Shown piece after piece: positions 32,768 through 42,392 of a DNA stretch of 64,000 nt; the stretch's first letter is position 1; every line of letters begins with the position of its first letter. Location: assembly GCA_963847185.1 (NCBI GenBank), contig CAWJYV010000010.1, positions 320,001 to 384,000 on the forward strand. The letters are read 5' to 3'. The notes under the pieces were generated by a model. It ran no database searches and had not been told where the DNA came from. It worked only from the letters and a program-made list of their open reading frames with translations. Made by a program: the position numbers and the translations under genes. Source of the DNA: an uncultured Methanosarcinaceae archaeon (GTDB taxonomy: Archaea > Halobacteriota > Methanosarcinia > Methanosarcinales > Methanosarcinaceae).

Positions 32768-34234
32768 ATGAACGAAAGATATCTTAGGTATGTACAGCAA
32801 AACAAGAAAAAAATAGGATTTTTCATTGTAGTTCTTATTTTCTTAATTGCAGTAGGAATATTCATCTATCATACCATACAGTCTAACCCTCCCGTTACAG
32901 TGTCAAATGAGATTGTATATGTAGCTAGTGATGGAAGTGGAAATTTCACGTGTGATGGGAGTGATGACCAGGTAGAGATAAATCAAGCTCTAAAATATGT
33001 CGCAGAGAATCCACAGTTTTCAACCGTTCATTTGAAAGGCCCTAATACATACGTTATATCGGACAGTATTTTGATTGGGAACAATACAATCCTTGAGGGA
33101 GATCGTACAGCTGTTCTTAAACTTGAAGACAACGCAGACTGGCCAGTTGGCAAGCCCATGATAACACAGACGGACAGCGCAGGAATCAATAGAGTCACTG
33201 TAAAAGGATTTGAAATTGACGGAAATCATGACAAGAATGAAGATAGAAAGAGAGGGCAAGGATACTACAATCTGATCCATTTCCTTGATTCTAAGAATAT
33301 AGATGTTCACGGCATGTACATGCACGATAGTCATGGAGACGGGCTAAAAGTAGAGAGAAGCTCCAATATCATATTCTACAATAACAAAGTGTATAAATTA
33401 GGGCATGATGGTCTTTTTGCCATTGATAGTCAGAATATAGAGGCCTGGAGAAACACGATAACTTGTAGAACTAATGGTGGGCTTAGAGTAATGAACTCAA
33501 ATCATGTAAAATTCCATGATAACGCCATAGATTCTTTTTTCCACTGGAGTGCAGGCGGCTCCGCAGTTCTGATTGAGAAAACGACAGGTGTCGTTAACGA
33601 CGTAGAGGTATATAATAACACTATCAACAATACGTATGGACCTGGGATATGGCTGATAGGCTACGGGGATTCTTATTCTAAGGAAGAAGCACAAAATGTC
33701 CGCATACGTCACAATATCTTCTATAACACTGGTACGAATCCGAGTATTGACTGGGTAGGAGGTATAGTAACAAGTGGGTTTCACAACACCCTCATTGAGA
33801 ATAATGTATTTGACGGGGTGTACCATGGAGCCATTATCCATATGTATCCTTCTTATACAGATGTAGATCACTCTGTTGATCTTTCATCTACAGGTACTGG
33901 ATACACGGCAATTGTCCGCAACAACATTATTGTAAACACCCAGAAACGTACGAAAGACCCTGATGGAACAGGATATGCAGTAATCAATTATCTTCCTGAA
34001 ACGCATAATTTTGTGCTGGAAAACAACTGTCTCTATAATAACTCTGCAGGTAACTATCTAAACTGTACATCAGCAACTGACATCTATGCAGACCCACTGT
34101 TTGTAAACCCGAGCAAACATGATTATCACCTTAAACAAAATTCTCCTTGCATTGGTGCAGGGTATACTTCACAAACTTCTTTGAATGAATCCGGAGGAAA
34201 TGATACCCGGCCAAATATAGGAAGATATAGTTAA
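32768..34234 (+). CDS. Membrane-anchored right-handed beta-helix protein (disaggregatase-related), paralogue of 28090-29535
   Basis: Collinear with the first copy. Retains the C-terminal ADPLFV...DYHL...SPCIGAG...NIGRY cap. ATG at 32768 aligns with the paralogue start. Confidence 0.87.
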   Translation: MNERYLRYVQQNKKKIGFFIVVLIFLIAVGIFIYHTIQSNPPVTVSNEIVYVASDGSGNFTCDGSDDQVEINQALKYVAENPQFSTVHLKGPNTYVISDSILIGNNTILEGDRTAVLKLEDNADWPVGKPMITQTDSAGINRVTVKGFEIDGNHDKNEDRKRGQGYYNLIHFLDSKNIDVHGMYMHDSHGDGLKVERSSNIIFYNNKVYKLGHDGLFAIDSQNIEAWRNTITCRTNGGLRVMNSNHVKFHDNAIDSFFHWSAGGSAVLIEKTTGVVNDVEVYNNTINNTYGPGIWLIGYGDSYSKEEAQNVRIRHNIFYNTGTNPSIDWVGGIVTSGFHNTLIENNVFDGVYHGAIIHMYPSYTDVDHSVDLSSTGTGYTAIVRNNIIVNTQKRTKDPDGTGYAVINYLPETHNFVLENNCLYNNSAGNYLNCTSATDIYADPLFVNPSKHDYHLKQNSPCIGAGYTSQTSLNESGGNDTRPNIGRYS

Positions 34235-34344
34235 CAGTGTAGAATACGCTTTATTTTGAATCTCAGATATAAGTCCTACAGATTTTGCTACAATTCCATT
34301 ATATTACAGCACCAAAGCAAGGTCCAAAAATAGATTAAAAAAGC

Positions 34345-34370
34345 CACACGGAAATATAATTATCCGTGTG
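34345..34370. terminator. Hairpin between convergent genes
   Basis: CACACGGA-N10-TCCGTGTG. Confidence 0.55.
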
Positions 34371-34381
34371 TAATATTTGTG

Positions 34382-34441
34382 CTTACTGTTTCCTGTACTT
34401 ACTATTTCCTGTACTTACTGTTTCCTGTACTTACCATTTCC
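34382..34441. repeat. 16-bp tandem repeat, about 4 copies
   Basis: CTTACTGTTTCCTGTA units with minor variants. Confidence 0.85.
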
Positions 34442-34465
34442 AATAATCTCCGCCTTTTACAAAGT

Positions 34466-35086
34466 TTACACATGCAATATTCTAACAGTCTTTCTATTCG
34501 GTAAATCATTCACAGTTTCATACTTAAACCCTAAAACACCCAAATCTGTGTAAAACCACTTAGGAATATGACTGCAAATTACATCCAGCCTGTTGAATTC
34601 TCCATTTTTTAGATAAGGGATTAGAATTTTCTTAGAAGTCAAATCAGGATTCTTTAAAAGGATTTCCTCCATATTAAGGCTAAAATCGCCTTTATTCACG
34701 CCAGGTTTTAAAAATTGCGTGATATCGAATTTGGGAGTTTCTTTCTGCCGCTTGTTAATTACCTCAAGAATTTCTTTTTTAACTGAATCAAGAACATCAG
34801 GTACGCTATTTTCTACGAGGAATATGTCAAATCCCGCTGCTTGAAAAGTGCCAAACGCTACGCCTGGAATTTCACTTGCAACCACTATTTTTACATCACC
34901 AAGCTGCTTTACAGTATCCGCCACAGCCGTACGTACCGCAGCAATGCCCTTTGCGTTGTAAACTTTATTTTCGAAATGGTTCAGGACTGTCCATTTCCCG
35001 TCGTCTTCGTCATATATTGTAATAAAACCAAGTTCAAATATTGAACTTGTTTTTTTGTCGCTGTTTTCCACAACTGCAATTTTCAA
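34466..35086 (-). CDS. AnfO-family (Fe-only nitrogenase accessory) protein
   Basis: KIAV...TSSIFELGFITIY...W, IVVASEIPG, TSKKILIPYL...LDVICSHIPKWF, recognised as the AnfO family pattern. Confidence 0.8.
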   Translation of the reverse strand: MKIAVVENSDKKTSSIFELGFITIYDEDDGKWTVLNHFENKVYNAKGIAAVRTAVADTVKQLGDVKIVVASEIPGVAFGTFQAAGFDIFLVENSVPDVLDSVKKEILEVINKRQKETPKFDITQFLKPGVNKGDFSLNMEEILLKNPDLTSKKILIPYLKNGEFNRLDVICSHIPKWFYTDLGVLGFKYETVNDLPNRKTVRILHV

Positions 35087-35271
35087 GACAAATCCTCCTT
35101 TCGTGTTTCGATTCTGATGACTTCAGGCTGTGATTAAAACAATTATCTGCTGTCGGAAATATTTCATTTATTTGCATAAGCTCTATGATATTAATTCTGC
35201 AATCACAGGAATATAGCTTATGCTTCATTAGCATACCACATAACACTTTTTAAATAATAACAATTATTCTG

Positions 35272-35297
35272 TGTTATTTTTAATCAAAAATATAACA
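35272..35297. promoter_or_regulatory. ModE-like palindromic operator upstream of the anfO-like gene
   Basis: TGTTATTTTT-N6-AAATATAACA (9/10 inverted match), just upstream of a minus-strand TATA-like TATTTAAAAA. Confidence 0.45.
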
Positions 35298-35584
35298 AGT
35301 CACTGTTTGTATTGAAAATATGTCACAATGCTACTTCGTTGATTTTGTACCTGTACTTCCATTACTGGATTTCTTCTTCAGTCCATTAATATAAAAATAA
35401 TTACCTGCAATATAAATGGCTTAACGCATCTGTCACCTTCTTTAACTCTATTTTCTATGCCATCTGAATTCTTTGCAGCAGAGCATCAGGATTAATAACA
35501 AATTTTGTATATGGATCACATTAAATTTTCTGGAAGCAAATGTCGGACTCATTTGATTTGTAACCCTTCAGCATAATTCTCATT

Positions 35585-36520
35585 TTAGGTACATGTGTCC
35601 TCAGTTTCTTGCGGCAAAACAGTTTGTAATCTGACTGCTTCTCTCCAGCGCAACCAGAGGATTGCCAATCCGACAATACCGATCACACCATCGGTGATGA
35701 ATATAGCCAATCCCTGGCTTAAGACAGAAGTAAGGACCAGGGGAAGCCCGTTCCACATTGCGTGCAGGATGGAAACTAGCAGGTAAGCGCCAATCACGTT
35801 CAGATTAACGCGGAAGTTACAACTCCTGCTCTCACGGAACAGCACGCTGGCTAAAATCGCTGTCCAGGTCCCGTGCCCCAGCGGAGAAAGCAGCCCACGA
35901 AGCAAGGTCACTGCCACGGTTACCGAAACACTCCCATTGCTCGCCAGAAAGGCGGTAAAAGCGTAACCGTTACTTTCCAGAGCCGCAAACCCCATCCCGG
36001 ACGCTGCACCTAGGATCAAGCCATCCATTTCCGAATCATGCCGTCTGTGGTGTGCAATTACCATCACTCCCATAATTTTAGCAAATTCTTCGATGAGTCC
36101 TATTCTTAAATTCGCACCGGGATTCGATTGAGGAATAAAAAATGGTTCAAGAAGGGAAGCGGCAAGGATACCCACCAGCCCGCCATACAGGAAAGCCAGA
36201 GAGACTGTTGACATTGTCAGACGGCTGAGATGCCTGCGCTCGTAAAAGAACGCCACGTAAGCAACAGGAACCATAAAGTTACCGACCAGTACCACAGTGG
36301 GGAAAATGTTTGAATTATTCGTCAGTAGCAAGGCTGCCAGCAAGAGAATATAGAAAACTGCTCCTGTAGCTAGAACTTTTAGCCAGGCATTCCTCTTGAC
36401 CATTGGTACAGAAGGCCGAATTTCCGTCACATTGTCTGCAATTTCTTTCCCATTCAATCCGTTCATCTCATTCGTTAAATCAGATTCCTCCATGAATTTG
36501 CGAAAAGCTTGATCCTGCAA
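35585..36520 (-). CDS. PrsW-family intramembrane glutamic metalloprotease
   Basis: GLIEEFAK, GMGFAALESNGY, GHGTWT, ILHAMWN. Start uncertain. Confidence 0.92.
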   Translation of the reverse strand: MQDQAFRKFMEESDLTNEMNGLNGKEIADNVTEIRPSVPMVKRNAWLKVLATGAVFYILLLAALLLTNNSNIFPTVVLVGNFMVPVAYVAFFYERRHLSRLTMSTVSLAFLYGGLVGILAASLLEPFFIPQSNPGANLRIGLIEEFAKIMGVMVIAHHRRHDSEMDGLILGAASGMGFAALESNGYAFTAFLASNGSVSVTVAVTLLRGLLSPLGHGTWTAILASVLFRESRSCNFRVNLNVIGAYLLVSILHAMWNGLPLVLTSVLSQGLAIFITDGVIGIVGLAILWLRWREAVRLQTVLPQETEDTCT

Positions 36521-36692
36521 AGAAGCTTGACCCAGCGACGTGAAGCGTAACCGGATGGTAATAGCAAGAAGCTCATTAAAGAGCTTAGTGCATGGGAAAA
36601 TAAAAGGATTTTTAAAGATGTTTCTGGGGAAAAGCCAGGCATTAAAGCTTCATAAACATTATATAATAAATAAAAAAAATGTTGTGAAGTTA

Positions 36693-37166
36693 TTATTTGC
36701 CTGGTAAATGTGATTTTAATTTCATCAAAGCTTCTGTTCCCTCTCTATATAACTCTTTGATATTTTCCTGATATACAAAAGTTGCCGGCACTAAAAGTAA
36801 CGGAATAGTTGCTGCAGCTTTAGCCCCTTCTGAAACGGGCAATGCGGCTAAAAAGCTTGCTCCAGTAGCACCATAGATTGGAATTATGGGAATTAGCATA
36901 GCTAAACCGAATGTTCTTCTGAAATGGATACCTAACTTCGCAGCCAGGAAACCATTAGACCCTATGACCAAACCAATACCGACACTGGGCCCTATAGTCT
37001 GAAAAGGATTATACGACGGTCCTATATAGAGTCCAAAATCGAGGCCAAAAAAGGAAAAAAGGCCATTGAATTGATTCCTTTCTTGATTGGAGTTTCCTCC
37101 AAGGCCTGATACAACTATACCTATGTCCAGTTGCAGAGGTCCTCTTCCTATTCCCCTTCGATCCAT
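36693..37166 (-). CDS. Gly-rich hypothetical membrane protein
   Basis: ATG-started 157-aa ORF with hydrophobic segments. No family recognised. Confidence 0.6.
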   Translation of the reverse strand: MDRRGIGRGPLQLDIGIVVSGLGGNSNQERNQFNGLFSFFGLDFGLYIGPSYNPFQTIGPSVGIGLVIGSNGFLAAKLGIHFRRTFGLAMLIPIIPIYGATGASFLAALPVSEGAKAAATIPLLLVPATFVYQENIKELYREGTEALMKLKSHLPGK

Positions 37167-37433
37167 TATGTAATTACTTTTCCTGATCGATAATAAAATT
37201 TATCTCTCAGAATTTATGTCTCTTCCTTATTTACCAAAACAATATTCCTTAATTTCAATATTTAGGCCTTGTAAAAAATTAATTAGAATCAGATTCGATA
37301 GCTCAAAATAATTATTTTAGGCTACCTAATTCAAATGAATGAAAAATTTGCAATAAATTGGATCCAGAAATCGATCCAAAAACGTCGCTCGGAAATATAA
37401 TATGCGAATCTTTGATTGAAGACATATTTGAGC

Positions 37434-39962
37434 TCAAAATTTTACTCTTTTGTAAAAAATCTTCTTTATTGTCTCAGCTGTAAGAATATATAGGCCTATT
37501 ATGGCTCCAATAATAAAAATAACCGAGACTGGGAGAGGCTTGAAGCCAAAGGGGGCTGCGAAAGGAGTCCATGGGAAGAGAAGAGTGACTACTCCTATAA
37601 GCAGGGTAGCTGCCAGCAGATATTTTCCAGGCCTGCTCCTGAAGAAAGGCTTCCTGCTCCTAACCACCAGAACTATCATGGAAGCTGAAATAACGGATTC
37701 CGTAAACCAGCCGGTTCTGAATTGCTCTACCATGCCTGGTAATATAAGAAGCAGAACACCGAAAGTCATGTAATCGAATACCGAGCTGGTTATGCCAAAT
37801 GCTATCATAAATTTGCGGATAAAAGCTATACTCCAGCGATGCGGCTTTTCAATCATTTCCTTATCAACGGTATCTGTGGCTATAGTCATTTCCGGAAAAT
37901 CTGTCAATAAATTGGTTAACAGAATCTGTGTGGGCAGCAGGGGCAGGAATGGCAAAAAAAGGGATGCTCCTGCCATGCTGAACATATTCCCGAAATTGGC
38001 ACTGGTAGCCATGAAGACGTACTTCAGAGTATTGGCAAAAGTTTTTCTTCCTCCTTTTATACCTTCGATAAGAGCATCCAGGCTTTTCTCCAGAAGCACA
38101 ATATCTGCAGCTTCTTTGGCAACATCTGCGGCACTGTCAACTGAGATTCCGACATCTGCTGCGTGAAGGGCAGAAGCGTCATTAATACCATCTCCAAGAT
38201 ATCCAACAATGTTTCCACCTTTCTTGAACGCGAGGATAATATGCTCTTTCTGACTTGGCTCTACCTCGGCAAAAATGTCAGTATCGTTTACCTTTCTTAT
38301 CAGGGCCTCGTTACTCACCCGAGCAATTTCGCTTCCGGTCAGAATCTTAGAATCCTTAAGCCCTACCTCTCGACCGATACTGGCAGCAACAAACTTGTTA
38401 TCTCCAGTAATAATTTTAAGAGAGATCCCAAGTTTTTCCATGTTTTCTATAGTTTTTACAATGCCTGTCTTTGGCGGATCAAAAAAGAGTAAGAATCCGA
38501 GAAAAATCATCCCTATTTCGTTCTCTTTTCTTATAGTGTTCTGCTGGTTTATCTCCTTATACGCAACTCCCAGCGTTCGAAACCCTTTTTTGCTGAACTC
38601 CTCAAATTGCTGATCGATTTGTTCCTTTATCCTGGAAATCTCAACGGTTTTTCCAGGTTCAGCCTCAGCTAAGGAGCAAACTTCGAGAATATTCGGAACC
38701 GCACCTTTGGTAATCATCAGGTTAACATTGTTTTTCGAAACAAGGATGCTTAACCGTCTGCGTATGAAATCGTAAGGTACTTCATCCAATCTCCTGTAAT
38801 CTGACAAGTCGGATTTATTTCGTGCCAGAATTGCCCGATCAATAGGGTTTTCAAAGCCTTTCTGATAATGAGAATTGAGACTGGCATAAAGAAGGATTTT
38901 TGCATTCTGATTTCCTTTAAGATCCCGGAAAGAATCAAGTTCCAGTTCTCCTTCGGTCAGTGTTCCAGTCTTATCTGAGCAAAGCAGGTTCATACTGCCC
39001 ATGTTTTCAATGGAAGAGAGTCTCTTGACAATGACCTTATTTTGAGCCATCTCTCTTGCACCATGAGAAAGATTAACGCTTATAATTGCAGGCAGAAGCT
39101 GTGGGGTCAGCCCAACTGCAAGAGCAAGGGAAAAAAGAAAAGAGTCAAGGATTGGACGCTGCAGGTAAACGTTAATCGCAAAGATTGCCATCACCATCAG
39201 CATCGTGACTTCCATTAGAAAGTGGCCAAAATTCTCAATGCCCTGTTCAAATTCAGTCTTAGGAGGCCGGAGTTTTAGAGATTCTGAGATCTTTCCGAAT
39301 TCCGTTTCCTTTCCAGTAGAAACTATCAGTGCTTTTCCATTCCCGCTAACTACACTGGTGCCCATCCAGAGAGAATTTGTACGTTGTGCAAGAGGAGTTT
39401 CTGAATTCAATACCCCTGTTGATTTTTCGACTGGATATGTTTCTCCGGTAAGAGTAGATTCGCTAACAAAAAGTTCATTTGACTCCAGGATCAAACCGTC
39501 TGCGGGAATTATATCTCCTGCGTTAAGAACTACTATATCTCCAGGAACAACCCGTTCTACAGGGATTTCCTTTTCTTTGCCATCCCTGAGGACTGCTGCT
39601 TTTACCTCCACAGCGCTAAGTAACTTTTCAAAAGCATCAGCAGCTCCCTTTTCCTGCCAGAAACCAAGAAGGCTGCTGACCAGGACAATAATTGCGATGA
39701 TTATTGTATCCGTAACATCGCCAAGAAAGAAAGATAGTAAGGATGCAAAAAGCAGAATGAGAGTGATTGGACTCTTGAACTGGGAAAGCAAAATTTTGAG
39801 AGTATCCGAACTTCTTTTTGGTTTAAGAACGTTAGCTCCATATCTTTTAAGGCGTTCACTAACTTCGGAACTTTTCAGGCCTTCAGTTGTTGTTTGTAGT
39901 TCCTGCAGCAACTCAGAAGAAGAAAAACTCCAGAAATCAAGTTTTTTCTTGCTATCAGCCAA
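37434..39962 (-). CDS. mgtA: Magnesium-translocating P-type ATPase
   Basis: LTGET, AVGLTPQLLP, CSDKTGTLT, PYDFIRRR, FFDPPK, GDGIND, SANFGNMFS, FRTGWFTES. Confidence 0.93.
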   Translation of the reverse strand: MADSKKKLDFWSFSSSELLQELQTTTEGLKSSEVSERLKRYGANVLKPKRSSDTLKILLSQFKSPITLILLFASLLSFFLGDVTDTIIIAIIVLVSSLLGFWQEKGAADAFEKLLSAVEVKAAVLRDGKEKEIPVERVVPGDIVVLNAGDIIPADGLILESNELFVSESTLTGETYPVEKSTGVLNSETPLAQRTNSLWMGTSVVSGNGKALIVSTGKETEFGKISESLKLRPPKTEFEQGIENFGHFLMEVTMLMVMAIFAINVYLQRPILDSFLFSLALAVGLTPQLLPAIISVNLSHGAREMAQNKVIVKRLSSIENMGSMNLLCSDKTGTLTEGELELDSFRDLKGNQNAKILLYASLNSHYQKGFENPIDRAILARNKSDLSDYRRLDEVPYDFIRRRLSILVSKNNVNLMITKGAVPNILEVCSLAEAEPGKTVEISRIKEQIDQQFEEFSKKGFRTLGVAYKEINQQNTIRKENEIGMIFLGFLLFFDPPKTGIVKTIENMEKLGISLKIITGDNKFVAASIGREVGLKDSKILTGSEIARVSNEALIRKVNDTDIFAEVEPSQKEHIILAFKKGGNIVGYLGDGINDASALHAADVGISVDSAADVAKEAADIVLLEKSLDALIEGIKGGRKTFANTLKYVFMATSANFGNMFSMAGASLFLPFLPLLPTQILLTNLLTDFPEMTIATDTVDKEMIEKPHRWSIAFIRKFMIAFGITSSVFDYMTFGVLLLILPGMVEQFRTGWFTESVISASMIVLVVRSRKPFFRSRPGKYLLAATLLIGVVTLLFPWTPFAAPFGFKPLPVSVIFIIGAIIGLYILTAETIKKIFYKRVKF

Positions 39963-40036
39963 TAAGATATCTCCTAATTACCTTCTATATCTTTTCTCGA
40001 ACTTAAGCGGTTGCCTATTTTGCAATTGACATTTAA

Positions 40037-41675
40037 CTTGACTTTGTCACATTTCCTTTTCACGTCTACCGTGAAGTATAATTTTTCCCCTATAAATTTG
40101 ATTTAGTGAAACAAATAACAGATGACTTCATCAAGTCAAATAATATCTCTGTAGAAAAATACATTTCAGAGAAGCATCTTGAATTCTATTTTCAAACTAA
40201 AACTCGTTGTATGGTTTTAACCTGTATTGATTACCTTAATGGTTTGCTTCTCCTCCCCTATAGGAAAAATATGAGAAAAATGGCAATTTACTGTTGTAAA
40301 TGCTCTAACAACCAATCACTAAGCCATTTCCTCTCAAGTTCTCCTTGGCGTTCTGCAGATCTCCTCAAATCTGTTCGAACAAAAGCCATTCAAATTATAG
40401 GTAAAAATGGTGTTCTTATACTTGACGAATCAAGCATAAAAAAATCTGGAAATAGTTCTGTAGGAGTTTCTCATCAGTATTGTGGCAACCTTGGAAAAAA
40501 GGATAATTGTCAGGTTGGCGTATTCCTTGCTTATTTTAAGAAAAATAAGAGAATGTTGATTGATGAGAGATTATATCTCCCACAAAAATGGATTGATGAC
40601 AAGGCACGTTGTTTAAAGGCTAAAATTCCTCGTGAGGAGATAAAGTTCCGAACCAAGTATGAACTTGGTCTTGAAATGATTGATAATGCAATAGAAGAAG
40701 GTATTCCTTTCTCCTATGTCACAATGGATGGATTCTATGGTGAAAATCCTGAGTTATTGACAGAACTTGAAAGTAGAGGCTTAACTTTTGTTGCAGACAT
40801 AGCTGTTGATACTCTCGTCTATATTGAGAAACCATTAGTTGGGATTCCTGAGAAAAAGGGAACAAGAGGAAGGAAACCTGTTATTCCCAGAGTTTTGAAT
40901 ACATTATCAATAAGAGTAGATTCTCTTTCCAATTCAGTTGATGGATGGGAACTTATCAATGTTAGAAAAACGGAAAGAGGGTATAAAAAAGTCTATTTTA
41001 AGGCTATAAAAGTTTGGAGACGTCAGAATAAATTACCTTGTGAGAAGCCAGTATGGCTTCTCATAAGTAAAGATTCAGAATCAAATGAAATTAAATATTC
41101 ACTATGTAACGCTTCTGAAGATACGTCATTCGATAAACTTGCAAAAATGCAGAGTTCAAGGTATTGGATTGAGAGAGCATTTCAGGATGCAAAGGGAAAC
41201 TGTGGAATGGCAGAATATATGGTGAGAAATTGGAATGCATGGCACCATCATATGGCATTGGTAATGCTTGCAATGCTTATTTTACTCTCTTATCTGAAAA
41301 AATTCAACAAAATGTATAAGATTTCAATTCCTGGGATCATATGGATACTGAAATACCATAATCCATTGAAAAGAATCGATGCTTGGGAAATTGCAAGAAT
41401 ATTAAATCAAGATAATGAGCTGAGAAGGAAGGCAAGAGTTAGCAGGTTAAGAAGTTCATAATTTTCGGATTAGAGAAATTGGATTCTTGTTCTGGTTACT
41501 GGTAAGTATGCAATTTTAGCAGGAAAAATTAATGACAGTGAAATTAAGGCAACTATTGATTGAGAAGAAAATAGAAGAAACAAAAATGGGAAGGTAAAAG
41601 GATTCAAGATGGAGTAGATTTGAGTGGAAATAGGTTTCGATATCTGCAATAATGATTTAATTTGACAATGTCAAG
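40037..41675 (+). mobile_element. IS701-family insertion sequence with TIRs and TTAA flanks
   Basis: Left end CTTGACTTTGTCACATT versus reverse complement of right end CTTGACATTGTCAAATT (15/17). TTAA on both sides (40033-40036, 41676-41679). Confidence 0.92.
40106..41461 (+). CDS. IS701-family DDE transposase
   Basis: ILDESSIKKSG.SSVGVSHQYCGNLGKKDNCQVGV, MDGFYG, RYWIERAFQDAK, WHHHMAL. Confidence 0.95.
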   Translation: MKQITDDFIKSNNISVEKYISEKHLEFYFQTKTRCMVLTCIDYLNGLLLLPYRKNMRKMAIYCCKCSNNQSLSHFLSSSPWRSADLLKSVRTKAIQIIGKNGVLILDESSIKKSGNSSVGVSHQYCGNLGKKDNCQVGVFLAYFKKNKRMLIDERLYLPQKWIDDKARCLKAKIPREEIKFRTKYELGLEMIDNAIEEGIPFSYVTMDGFYGENPELLTELESRGLTFVADIAVDTLVYIEKPLVGIPEKKGTRGRKPVIPRVLNTLSIRVDSLSNSVDGWELINVRKTERGYKKVYFKAIKVWRRQNKLPCEKPVWLLISKDSESNEIKYSLCNASEDTSFDKLAKMQSSRYWIERAFQDAKGNCGMAEYMVRNWNAWHHHMALVMLAMLILLSYLKKFNKMYKISIPGIIWILKYHNPLKRIDAWEIARILNQDNELRRKARVSRLRSS

Positions 41676-41829
41676 TTAAGTTCCCTCAATAAGTATTATT
41701 CAGCTAACCTGATAAGCTAATTAAAAGGAGCTTCAAACCATCTAAAAACAATTATGGAAACTTATATTTAAATCGAGCTCATCACAAAAACTCAATATTA
41801 CACATTCTAGTTTACTTTCTAGTACCTAA

Positions 41830-41916
41830 TTTGGAATAATCGGCTGAGTCTCTGATTAGGAAAATAATTCTATAATTTGTTAAGGTAGAAATGAAAATTA
41901 GCTTTGGGACAGGCTC
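41830..41916 (-). mobile_element. MITE / IS5-type end fragment
   Basis: Reverse complement begins GAGCCTGTCCCAAAG and aligns over about 80 nt with 61095-61185. Confidence 0.55.
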
Positions 41917-42111
41917 AATAAATACATCCTGATTTTTCTTGATATCGATTTCCACAATAACTATCTGGGTACCAGCTCCTTTAGACAGTGATAGCTACTG
42001 CTGTATACTTTATAATTATTTTAACAATATAACTTAAGTTTAAAAATTTCAAAGAGATGAATTAAAAAACACATTCTATAATTTAATTACTGTAATTTAG
42101 AGAAGACTTAT

Positions 42112-42272
42112 GGTGAGGATGTTCCCTCAGACCTGGAATCCCATTTATATGCAGGACTTAAGGCGTTTCAGAAGGTTACCTCCTTAAAACGAGGGCTGAA
42201 GAACTGAGTCAAGGGCCAGAAGAAGTGGGAAATGACCCGAAACACCGATATGTAAAAATTCTACACATATCG
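42112..42272 (+). ncRNA. Candidate structured RNA / cis-regulatory leader (no known family recognised)
   Basis: GC-richer island in AT-rich DNA with nested stems and a trailing 8-bp hairpin (see findings). Confidence 0.45.
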
Positions 42273-42392
42273 CATGATGATTAAATAGCGTACATTTTCG
42301 AATTCAAACATACTAAGTTTATTCATCGAACATCCTAAACTTATTTGATCTACTTCTAAAATAATATAAATGAGATTGCTAAATAATCTAAT

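Noticed and set aside
42196-42243. Hammerhead ribozyme (CTGAAGA...GAAAC) or SRP/cobalamin-riboswitch similarity
   Set aside because: Stem II does not form between the core motifs, and no SRP S-domain or B12-box architecture is present.
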